Shown: piece after piece, positions 47,117-55,289 of the stretch
Layout of the letters: the number at the start of each line of letters is the position of its first letter
Numbering within the stretch: the first letter of the stretch is position 1
Source of the DNA: a bacterium
GTDB lineage: Bacteria > Krumholzibacteriota > Krumholzibacteriia > G020349025
NCBI GenBank assembly: GCA_031362565.1
Contig: JANLSU010000126.1
Span: 21,526 to 85,525, forward strand
Reading direction: 5' to 3'
Length of the DNA: 64,000 nt
Made by a program: the position numbers and the translations under genes
Notes under the pieces: model-generated
Told to the model about the DNA's origin: nothing
The model's database searches: none
Seen by the model: the letters and a program-made list of their open reading frames with translations, nothing else

Positions 47117-49081
47117 ATGCAGCGAGTGCTCGAGCGCATGATCCTTCTGGTCCTCGTGCTGACACTGAGTGCCGGCATCGCCGGTGCACGGCCGTTGCCG
47201 GCGGCGAGCGGCGTCGCGGCAGCGTTGGGTCCACTGGGCATCGCGTTCCCGGATCTCGGCGCCAGTGTCGGCGGCAACCCGGCGCTCTTGGCCGGCGCGG
47301 ATCGTACCGCGGGTTCGATCGAGTGGGGGCTTTCGAGCGACGCACCGGGGCCACAACGCGCTGGGCTCGTGTTGCCAACGTGGGACCACTTGGGCTTCGG
47401 GATCGACGTGGCGCAGAGCCGCACCGCCACACGGGGCGCCGAACGGCGGCGCACCGAATGGCGTTTGGGTGCCGGACGCGGCTTCGGAACCCGCTTGTCG
47501 ATCGGCGCCGCGTTGCACTTGCGCCGCGAATCGGTGGCCGGCGCAAGCGACACGAGCGACGGATTGGACTTGGGCGTGAATGCGATGGCGTGGTCCAGCG
47601 GCCGTGACCGGGTCGATGTCGGCGCCGTCGTACGCGGTGCAGTACGGCCCTTGGTGCGTTTTGACGCCGTCGACGAACAGGAACCGCGCCGCCTCGAAAC
47701 CGCCGCCGGTTGGACGCGCAACGTCAACCCGAGCTGGCGATTGGGTGGCGGCATCGCCGCAACCACCTCCTCGTCGGAGCGTGGCACGGCGTGGCTCGGA
47801 GCGCGGGCCGGATGGCGCGGCCGCCTCGATCTGACCGGTGCAGTGAGCCGGCACGCCGGGCGCCTCGGTTGCAGCATGCGCGCCGGCGATGTGCGCCTCG
47901 AGTCGATGCTGGGCGGCGGTGACGAATCGCGCGCCGCGTTGGCGTTGCACTGGGAATTCGGCGCCTCGCTCGCCGCCGAACGCTTGCAGGCGCGCGAACG
48001 CGCCGAGGCGCTCGAATCCGAACGCCTGACGCGCGAAATTGCCGCCCGCCAAGCCCGCCAAGTCGAGGTCTGGCTGGATGACGCAGGTGCCGCCGCGGCC
48101 CGCCATGACCACACCCAAGCGGCCCAACTCTACCGCAACGTGCTCCTGTGGAGCCCCGAACACACCGAGGCCCGCGAAGGGCTGCGGCGCGCCCAACGCG
48201 CCGCGATGATGCTGCAAGCCGACAGCTTGGTGGTGTCGAAGGATTTGTGGAGCGCGTCGAGCCAACTGGAGAGTGTCCTGCGCTTGTTCCCCGAGGACAG
48301 CCTCGCGACCGCCCAACTGCAGGACATCCGGCGCACCATGAAACGCGCCGACCGCACCCGCTCCGACGCCGTCGAACAAATGCGCCTCGGGATGGACGCG
48401 TACGTGGCCCAGCGCTACACCGCCGCGGTTCGCTGCTTCGAAGCGGCGCACAAACTCGACCCCCAAAATGCCGCCGCCACCGAACTCCTGCAAAACGCCC
48501 ACGCCGCCGTGCAGCGCCAGGCCGATGCCCTCGTGGCACAGGCCAAAGGCAAGCTCGACAAACACGACTTGGATGCCGCCCGAACCGACTTGAAGAGCGC
48601 TCTCGCACTCGTCGCGGCGCATGCCGAAGCGCTGCAGCTCATGGCGCAGGCCGACCGCGACAGCGAGCGTTTGGCGCAGGAGAAACGCCTCCAGGACCGG
48701 CGGAACTCCGACCGGCGCCTCGCCGCCGCCCGCCGCGACGAATCCTCGCGTGAGGACCGCGCCCCGGTGCCGCCGGCGGTTCTCTCGGCCGGTTACGAGC
48801 ACGGCATGCAGATGTATCGCAGTGGCGATCTGGTTGCGGCGATGCAGGCCTGGGAAGAACTGGCGCGTCAAGCGCCGCACTACGAGGAAGTCGACCACTA
48901 CCTGCTGCGCGTCTACCGGGTCTGCGGATTGGAACGCTACACCGAAGGACACTTGCAGGAAGCCATCGGCATCTGGGGCAAAGCCCTGCAACTCGAACCC
49001 GAGAATGCGCAGGTGCGCCGCTACATGAACCAGGCGAACGCCAAGCTCAAGCGGGCCCAAGAACCACGAGGCAGCCGATGA
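47117..49081 (+). CDS. Exported protein: N-terminal degenerate beta-barrel-like (FadL/PorV-like) region plus C-terminal TPR repeats
   Basis: Signal peptide; 'GNPALL' resembles the FadL/PorV NPA motif; Gly-rich amphipathic strands to about residue 280; then coiled coil and TPRs ('FEAAHKLDPQN', 'WGKALQLEPEN'). Confidence 0.55.
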   Translation: MQRVLERMILLVLVLTLSAGIAGARPLPAASGVAAALGPLGIAFPDLGASVGGNPALLAGADRTAGSIEWGLSSDAPGPQRAGLVLPTWDHLGFGIDVAQSRTATRGAERRRTEWRLGAGRGFGTRLSIGAALHLRRESVAGASDTSDGLDLGVNAMAWSSGRDRVDVGAVVRGAVRPLVRFDAVDEQEPRRLETAAGWTRNVNPSWRLGGGIAATTSSSERGTAWLGARAGWRGRLDLTGAVSRHAGRLGCSMRAGDVRLESMLGGGDESRAALALHWEFGASLAAERLQARERAEALESERLTREIAARQARQVEVWLDDAGAAAARHDHTQAAQLYRNVLLWSPEHTEAREGLRRAQRAAMMLQADSLVVSKDLWSASSQLESVLRLFPEDSLATAQLQDIRRTMKRADRTRSDAVEQMRLGMDAYVAQRYTAAVRCFEAAHKLDPQNAAATELLQNAHAAVQRQADALVAQAKGKLDKHDLDAARTDLKSALALVAAHAEALQLMAQADRDSERLAQEKRLQDRRNSDRRLAAARRDESSREDRAPVPPAVLSAGYEHGMQMYRSGDLVAAMQAWEELARQAPHYEEVDHYLLRVYRVCGLERYTEGHLQEAIGIWGKALQLEPENAQVRRYMNQANAKLKRAQEPRGSR

Positions 49082-50631
49082 CCCTGTTGCGCAGTTTACG
49101 CGTCAAATTCGTGCTCTATTTCGTCGGCTTCGTGACCGCGAGTATGTTGCTGCTCGCACACTCGCTCTTCGAGCACGAACACGATGCTTTGCTCGGCGAA
49201 CTGCGCAAGCGGCTCGACCTCCAGGTGTCGAGCCTGAGTGTGCAGGCGCGCGAAGCCCTCGAGACCAACGACGATCTGGCACTCCTCACGACGCTCCGCG
49301 GCCTTCGCAAGATGGACGACTTCGCATTCGCGGCGGTGCTGCACCCGGACGGCACGGTGTTCGCGCACAGCGACGTCCACCTCGTGGGCCAGCCGCTGGC
49401 GATTCCCGCCGACATTGGCGGTCTCACCGAAGGCGAGGCCTTCCGTGAAGTGAAGGATGGCGAAGGCGCGCCGCGTATCGAGGTCTGGGCGCCCGTCGTG
49501 TCGACGCTCGGCGCCGCGCCGGAACGCATCGGGCTGGTGTGCGTCAGCGTTTCGAAGACGCCGCTCCTGGCGGCGGTAGATCAGGCCAAGATGTCGGCGA
49601 TGCGCGTCGTCGCCCTCTTCGCCGTGCTCGGCCTCGTCGGGACGCTGCTCATCGCCCGCACCGTGACGACCCCCATCGGCCGGCTCGTCCAAGGCGTGCG
49701 GCGCATCGCGGCCGGCGATCTGCAGCACAAGATGAACTGGCGGCGGACGGACGAAATCGGCATCCTGGCGGAGTCGTTCGATCACATGACCGATGAACTG
49801 CAGAAAGCGCAGCAAGAGATTCTGCGCCAGCAACTCTTCGAGAAGGAACTGGAAGTGGCGGCGAAGATTCAGTCGGCGCTGCTGCCCTCGCATCCGCCGC
49901 AGGTGAACGGCTTCGGCGTTGCGGCCCTCACCGTGCCGGCGCGGGTCGTCGGCGGCGACTTCTACGACTATGTGCCGCTGCGCGACGGACGCACCGCATT
50001 CCTGGTGGCCGACGTGGCCGGCAAGGGCATCTCGGCCGGCCTGGTGATGGCCTATGCACGCAGCGCCGCACGCAGCGCTTTCAGCTATACGTCGTCGGCC
50101 CACGAGGCCTTGGCGGCACTCAACGACCAGATCCTGCGCGACTTCGACCGCTCGACCTTTCTCACCGTGCTGTGCATGGTGCTGGATCCCGAAGCGCGGA
50201 CCCTGCAGGTCGCGAATGCCGGACATCCGCCGGTCTTGTGGTGCCGGGCCCGGACCAACACCATCGAGTCGTTGCGCCTGCGCGGCGTGGCGCTCGGCAT
50301 CCTGCCGCGGGAGCGCTTCGGCGATCTGCTCGAACAACGCGAGATTACGCTCGAGCCCGGCGATCTCATCTTCGGCTACAGCGACGGCGTCAACGAATCG
50401 CATGCGACGGACGGCCAGCTCTTCGGCGACGAGCGGGTGCGCACTTTCGCGCTATCGCACGCCGGCCTCGAGCCGGCGGAGTTCCTCGCCAGACTGCGCC
50501 GCGATCTCGAAGCCTATGCGGGCGACGGCGAACAGTTCGATGACATTACGGCCCTGGCGTTGAAAGTCGACGCCGTTCCGATCGATGCGGAACCCGCTCT
50601 CTGCGGGGCCGCGAGCCAAAGGGGAGCGTGA
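49078..50631 (+). CDS. Membrane PP2C/SpoIIE (RsbU-like) phosphatase with periplasmic sensor and HAMP domains
   Basis: Two TM helices, HAMP 'DEIGILAESFDHM', 'VGGDFYD', 'ADVAGKG', 'NAGH', 'YSDGV', 'DDIT'. Confidence 0.92.
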   Translation: MTLLRSLRVKFVLYFVGFVTASMLLLAHSLFEHEHDALLGELRKRLDLQVSSLSVQAREALETNDDLALLTTLRGLRKMDDFAFAAVLHPDGTVFAHSDVHLVGQPLAIPADIGGLTEGEAFREVKDGEGAPRIEVWAPVVSTLGAAPERIGLVCVSVSKTPLLAAVDQAKMSAMRVVALFAVLGLVGTLLIARTVTTPIGRLVQGVRRIAAGDLQHKMNWRRTDEIGILAESFDHMTDELQKAQQEILRQQLFEKELEVAAKIQSALLPSHPPQVNGFGVAALTVPARVVGGDFYDYVPLRDGRTAFLVADVAGKGISAGLVMAYARSAARSAFSYTSSAHEALAALNDQILRDFDRSTFLTVLCMVLDPEARTLQVANAGHPPVLWCRARTNTIESLRLRGVALGILPRERFGDLLEQREITLEPGDLIFGYSDGVNESHATDGQLFGDERVRTFALSHAGLEPAEFLARLRRDLEAYAGDGEQFDDITALALKVDAVPIDAEPALCGAASQRGA

Positions 50632-50632
50632 G

Positions 50633-51136
50633 ATGCGCGCCTTCCAAGACCCGCGCCCGGGCGAGATCATCGTCCGCACCTCGCCCCGCATGCTCGAGGA
50701 CACGTTCGCGCAACTGCGGCCGGTCTTGGCGCCGGCGCAAAGCGCCGGCTACGACACGAGCCGCGTGTACTTGCTGCTCGACGAGTTGTTGAGCAACGTC
50801 TACCGGCATGGCTACGGCGAGGCGCTGGGCGAGCCGATCGGCGTGCGGGTCCGCTTCCAGGATGGCGCGGTGCATTTGGCGGTGCGCGATATCGCCCCGA
50901 CCTTCGACGTCGCGGCGCACGCTGCCACCCGCCAAGCGCCGCCACCGGACAGCGGCCAGCGCGGCGGCATGGGCCTGTTCATTCTGTACAGCATGTGCGA
51001 GTCGTTCGTGCACAACGTGCCGCGCGACGGCGGCAACCTCGTTTTTTTGACCATGAAACTTCCGCAACGCAAGACGGCGGCCGACGAGACCGGCGTGGCG
51101 GGATCGGTGTCCCGGAAATCGACAGTGAAGGAGTGA
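50633..51136 (+). CDS. RsbW/SpoIIAB-like anti-sigma factor Ser/Thr kinase (HATPase_c_2)
   Basis: 'LLLDELLSNVYRHGY', 'VRD...FD', 'RGGMGLFI', 'GGN'. Confidence 0.88.
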   Translation: MRAFQDPRPGEIIVRTSPRMLEDTFAQLRPVLAPAQSAGYDTSRVYLLLDELLSNVYRHGYGEALGEPIGVRVRFQDGAVHLAVRDIAPTFDVAAHAATRQAPPPDSGQRGGMGLFILYSMCESFVHNVPRDGGNLVFLTMKLPQRKTAADETGVAGSVSRKSTVKE

Positions 51137-51138
51137 CC

Positions 51139-52536
51139 ATGGCAGCACGGCGCAAGAGCGAAACCACGGCACCGCGCAAAGGGCTGGAGGGCAAGGGCCG
51201 GCTGCAGCAACTCGTCGATGCCGGCGACACGCACGAGCTGGCACGGCGGGCAATGACCTTGCAAATGGTCATGCTGGACCTGCATCGCCAACTTGCGAGT
51301 TCGACTTCGCAATCCGACCTGGCGCGCACGCTCGGGCTGGCGCTCACCGGCAGTTTCGCGTGCGAACGCTTGGTGGTGCTGCGCCGTGACCGCACGAGCC
51401 GCAGCTTTGAATCCGTGGCCGAGATCGGCGACGTGCCGGCAGCCTTGCACGAAGACGCACCGGCACTCGCGGCGCGCATCGCGCCGTTCCTGCCACACGT
51501 GGCGCCACTCTCGACACTACTGCCGCCGGCGGCCGAAGCGGTCGGCGATGCGGCGCGGCGGCTCACCGGGCTCGGCTTCATTCGGGCGGCGTGGCTCAAT
51601 GTCGAAAAGCAAGTCGACTGGCTCGTCCTGGTCGGGCCGAAGCTCTCGGGCGCCGACTATGACGAATTCGATCTGTCGCTCCTGCGTGCGACGTTCGACG
51701 CGACGTCATTGGCCTGCAGCCGGCTCTTGCTCGTCGAAGCCATCGAAGAGCGCAATCGCGAGCTGTCCGCGGCCAACGCCCGCCTGATGCAGATCGACGA
51801 TCTCAAGTCGGCCATCCTGAATGGCGTCGGCGATGCGTTGCGCACCCCGTTGGCGCGCGTGCTGAGCTATGGCGAAGCGCTGCGCGATGACGACGTCGAT
51901 GTGGAGGAGGCGCGCCGCTTCCTAGATGTGATTCTGGAGAACACCCGCCACCTGACGGGCCGGATCAATCATGCCCTGCGCTTCGCGAGCCTGGTCGACG
52001 GCCGCCTGACCGCCAAGCCGGAGCGCGTGTTGCTGCAGGACGTGGTCGAAGGCCTGGTCGCTCAACGCGGGCCGGATGCCGCGTCCCACTCGGTGCATCT
52101 GACCGCCGAGTGCACGCCGCTCGCCGTGTATGCGGATGCGGCGTTCGTCGAGACGCTCATCGAGTGCCTGCTCGACAACGCGCTCAAGTTCACGCCGCCA
52201 GGCGGCGAAGTGCGCGTCGAACTCGCAGCGCAGGACGCGGGCGCCATCATTCGCGTCGTGGACACCGGACCCGGAATTCCCGCCGAAGCCCAGGACCGCA
52301 TCTGGCGCCTCTTCGAAACCGGCGAACTGTCGCTGGCGCGTGAGCAACGCGGTCTGGGGATCGGACTGGCGCTCGCGCGCCGCTTGGCCACCGACCTCGG
52401 CGTGCAACTCGAGCTCGTGCGGAGCGACGCCGGCGGCAGCGTTTTCGCGCTGCGATTCCCGGATGCCGCTCCCGCCGCGGCGATACAGGAAACGGCCGCC
52501 GCCGTGACGGCGCCGCGCCGCGAACCGACGCGCTGA
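51139..52536 (+). CDS. Cytoplasmic histidine-kinase-like protein lacking the phospho-acceptor His
   Basis: H-box reads 'NGVGDALRTPL'. N-box 'LLDNALKFT', G1 'DTGPGI' and G2 'GLGIGLA' are intact. N-terminal GAF-like region; no clear TM helix. Confidence 0.85.
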   Translation: MAARRKSETTAPRKGLEGKGRLQQLVDAGDTHELARRAMTLQMVMLDLHRQLASSTSQSDLARTLGLALTGSFACERLVVLRRDRTSRSFESVAEIGDVPAALHEDAPALAARIAPFLPHVAPLSTLLPPAAEAVGDAARRLTGLGFIRAAWLNVEKQVDWLVLVGPKLSGADYDEFDLSLLRATFDATSLACSRLLLVEAIEERNRELSAANARLMQIDDLKSAILNGVGDALRTPLARVLSYGEALRDDDVDVEEARRFLDVILENTRHLTGRINHALRFASLVDGRLTAKPERVLLQDVVEGLVAQRGPDAASHSVHLTAECTPLAVYADAAFVETLIECLLDNALKFTPPGGEVRVELAAQDAGAIIRVVDTGPGIPAEAQDRIWRLFETGELSLAREQRGLGIGLALARRLATDLGVQLELVRSDAGGSVFALRFPDAAPAAAIQETAAAVTAPRREPTR

Positions 52537-52603
52537 TCGAATTCCACGCGTGCGGGGTGGCCAAGCCACCCGCGCGTGTGGTGCAATCGGCGGCGTGAAA
52601 TCG

Positions 52604-54397
52604 ATGCGCCCGCAAGAGATCCACGCCCTGATGCTCGTCGTCGCGGCCGGTTTCGCCGCCCGGCTCGTGCATCTTGCCGAACTTTCCCGGTTGCCGCTCT
52701 TCGACCGCCCGACCGTCGATGCGGCGCTCTATCTCGACGCGGCCCGCACCTGGGCGCAAGGCGGATTGCCGCCGGTCTTCTTCAAGCCGCCGCTCTATCC
52801 GGCGCTCCTGGCGGCACTGTGGCGCCTGTGCGGTGATCAGTTCTGGTTGCTGCGCTTGCCCGGCGCCATCGCCGGCGCCCTGACCTGCGGCGTCACCTGG
52901 TGGATCGCGCGCCGTTGGTTCGGCTCGCGCGTCGCGCTCGTTGCCGGCCTGCTCTACGCATTGCATCGCACCGCCGTGTACTTCGACGGCGAATTGCTCG
53001 AAACGAGTCTTGCGACCCTGTTGCATGTCGGATCGCTGGCGCTCGTGCTGCGGGCCGGAAGCCCGGGCGCCACCCGGCGTTCGGCGGTCGTCGCCGGTCT
53101 CGGCCTCGGGATCGCCTGCTTGGCGCGGCCGACGCTCCTCGTCTTTGCGATCGCGGCACTCGTGTGGCTCGGCAAGCGCGGCGCGCTGCCGCTCCTCATG
53201 GGAATCGCGCTCGGCCTCGCCCCCGCCACACTTCACAACGCGGTCCGCGGTGACGATTTCGTGCTCGTGTCGTCGAACCTGGGCCTCAACTATTATTTGG
53301 GAAACAATCCGCGCGCCGATGGCAGGAGTGCGGCCGCCGCCGAACTGCCGGCGAATCCAAGTGCCGCGGAGCGTGCCGCACGCACGCTCGCCGAGACGGC
53401 ACGCGGCCGGACGTTGCGGCCCTCGGAGATCAGTGCGTACTGGCTGCAACGCGGCCTCGCCTTCGACGCGGCCGAACCGCTGCGGGCGGCGGGGCTCGTG
53501 CTCCGCAAACTCTTCTTCGCCTGGAACGCGGCGGAAATAAGCGACAACGAAGACTTGGACGGCCTCGGGCGCCGCTTGCGCTGGCTCGGACACTTGCCCG
53601 TCGGCACGTGGCTGCTGGCACCACTGGGACTTGCGGGCCTGATTCTGGTGCCGCGAAAACGTCCGACCGCACTCGGGCAAGCCTACGTGTTGTCACACGT
53701 CGTGAGCCTGCTGCCCTTCTTTGTCGTGGCGCGATTCCGCCTGCCGTGGATGCCGGTCCTCGGCATCTTCGCCGCTTGGACGCTCGTCGAACTCGTCGAA
53801 CGCTGGCGCCGGACGCACGCCGGACGCCGGCAAGTGGCAGGCGTCGTCACGGCGGCGTTCCTGGTTTGCTCGATCCCGGCCTTTGGTGTCCGGGCGCCGA
53901 TCGATTTCGACTTCGAGTACAAACTGGCGTACGCCTATCAACAGAAGGGGCAATTCGACACCGCGATCGCCACCTATCGCGCCGCAGTGGAGCGCAACCC
54001 ACACCACGCTCTGGCGCTCAACGCGCTCGGTGTGCTTCTCTCCGAGCGCGGTGGCGACCGCGCGGAAGCCGAGCGACTGGTAGCCCGCGCCCTCGAGCTC
54101 GATGTGGGGCACGCGGCCAACATTGCGGAAAGCTTGGCCGGGATCCGGCTCCTGCGCGGTGATGCAACGGGCGCGCTCCAGGCCTGCGAAACCGGACTGC
54201 ATGCTCGGCCCGATGCGCCGACCGGCGCCGCACTCCTGTGGCGCCGCGCCGACGCCTATCGCCAACTTGGCGTCCCGGGTGACGAACGCACGGCGCTCAC
54301 GGCGGCGCTCGCGACCGGTGCATTGGGAAGCCGCGAAGCCGCGGTCCGGCAGCGTTTAGCCGCGCTCGAGCCGCCGGCCGGAGGGACGAAACCTTGA
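52604..54397 (+). CDS. GT-C (family 39-like) membrane glycosyltransferase with C-terminal TPRs
   Basis: 'VDAALY', 'FFKPPLYP', 'ARP', 'NYYLGNNP.ADG', 'RFRLP', followed by TPR helices. Confidence 0.8.
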   Translation: MRPQEIHALMLVVAAGFAARLVHLAELSRLPLFDRPTVDAALYLDAARTWAQGGLPPVFFKPPLYPALLAALWRLCGDQFWLLRLPGAIAGALTCGVTWWIARRWFGSRVALVAGLLYALHRTAVYFDGELLETSLATLLHVGSLALVLRAGSPGATRRSAVVAGLGLGIACLARPTLLVFAIAALVWLGKRGALPLLMGIALGLAPATLHNAVRGDDFVLVSSNLGLNYYLGNNPRADGRSAAAAELPANPSAAERAARTLAETARGRTLRPSEISAYWLQRGLAFDAAEPLRAAGLVLRKLFFAWNAAEISDNEDLDGLGRRLRWLGHLPVGTWLLAPLGLAGLILVPRKRPTALGQAYVLSHVVSLLPFFVVARFRLPWMPVLGIFAAWTLVELVERWRRTHAGRRQVAGVVTAAFLVCSIPAFGVRAPIDFDFEYKLAYAYQQKGQFDTAIATYRAAVERNPHHALALNALGVLLSERGGDRAEAERLVARALELDVGHAANIAESLAGIRLLRGDATGALQACETGLHARPDAPTGAALLWRRADAYRQLGVPGDERTALTAALATGALGSREAAVRQRLAALEPPAGGTKP

Positions 54398-55092
54398 ATC
54401 TGCTGCACACCCGGCGCGTTTTCGACTACGTGTCACGCCACATGGTGTGCAGCGTGCAGCTCCGCGCCCGGCACGTCGCCTTCACCTTCGATGACGGCCC
54501 CAACCCGGCACACACACCGCGCTTGTTGCGCCTCCTCGAACAGCACGGAGCGCACGCGACGTTTTTCCTCATCGGACGCAACGTGCAGCGCCACCCCGCA
54601 TTGGCCGCCGAAATCGTCGCCCGCGGCCACGAGGTGGGCAATCACACCTACGATCATTTGCCGTTGCCGCTCTTGACGCGGCGCGCGCTCGTGCAGCAAT
54701 TGCAACGCGCCAGTGACACCATTCATGGTGCCACCGGCGTGCGGCCCGGATTCATGCGTCCGCCGCTCGGTTGGTTCAACCGCGCCGTGCTGCATACGAT
54801 CGCCGAGCAAGGGTACCGGCCGGTTCTGGGTGACGTGTATCCGCAGGATGCGTTCCGTCCGGGCACTGCCGCCATCATCGAGCGAGTGCGGGCGCGTATT
54901 GCGCCGGGATCGATCGTCATCCTGCACGACGGCAGCATCCGCGGCGCCGTCGACCGCGGGCAGTCGATCGATGCGGTCGAAGTGCTCTTGCCGTGGCTGC
55001 GTGACCAGGGATACGCCATCGGCTCGGTCAGTGAATTGCTCGCCGCCGCGGCGGCGGAATCGGCACCGCCGGCCGCCGCAACCGGCTTTTGA
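54394..55092 (+). CDS. Polysaccharide deacetylase (NodB/CE4)
   Basis: 'TFDDGP', 'ATFF', 'GNHTYDH', 'RPP.G', 'ILHDG'. Confidence 0.92.
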   Translation: MNLLHTRRVFDYVSRHMVCSVQLRARHVAFTFDDGPNPAHTPRLLRLLEQHGAHATFFLIGRNVQRHPALAAEIVARGHEVGNHTYDHLPLPLLTRRALVQQLQRASDTIHGATGVRPGFMRPPLGWFNRAVLHTIAEQGYRPVLGDVYPQDAFRPGTAAIIERVRARIAPGSIVILHDGSIRGAVDRGQSIDAVEVLLPWLRDQGYAIGSVSELLAAAAAESAPPAAATGF

Positions 55093-55130
55093 CATCAGGC
55101 CGAGTGGGCTGCGGTCTGCAGGTGCGGGTC

Positions 55131-55289
55131 GGGGCCTTGGAGCGGCAGCGGTGATCTGATAGGGTACTGGAGCATGTGACAGGCTCCGCAAGATGAATTT
55201 CGTACCGCCCGAGGCTTGGACGTGCGCCTGCCGATGGACTCGGATCCCGTCACCACAGAGTTGCCGCCAGTTCGCCGTCGGGAGGCCTC
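55131..55289 (+). ncRNA. Candidate structured intergenic/leader RNA (family unassigned)
   Basis: Six nested complementary segments with G-U pairs on the + strand (see findings). No match to a family I recognise. Confidence 0.3.
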
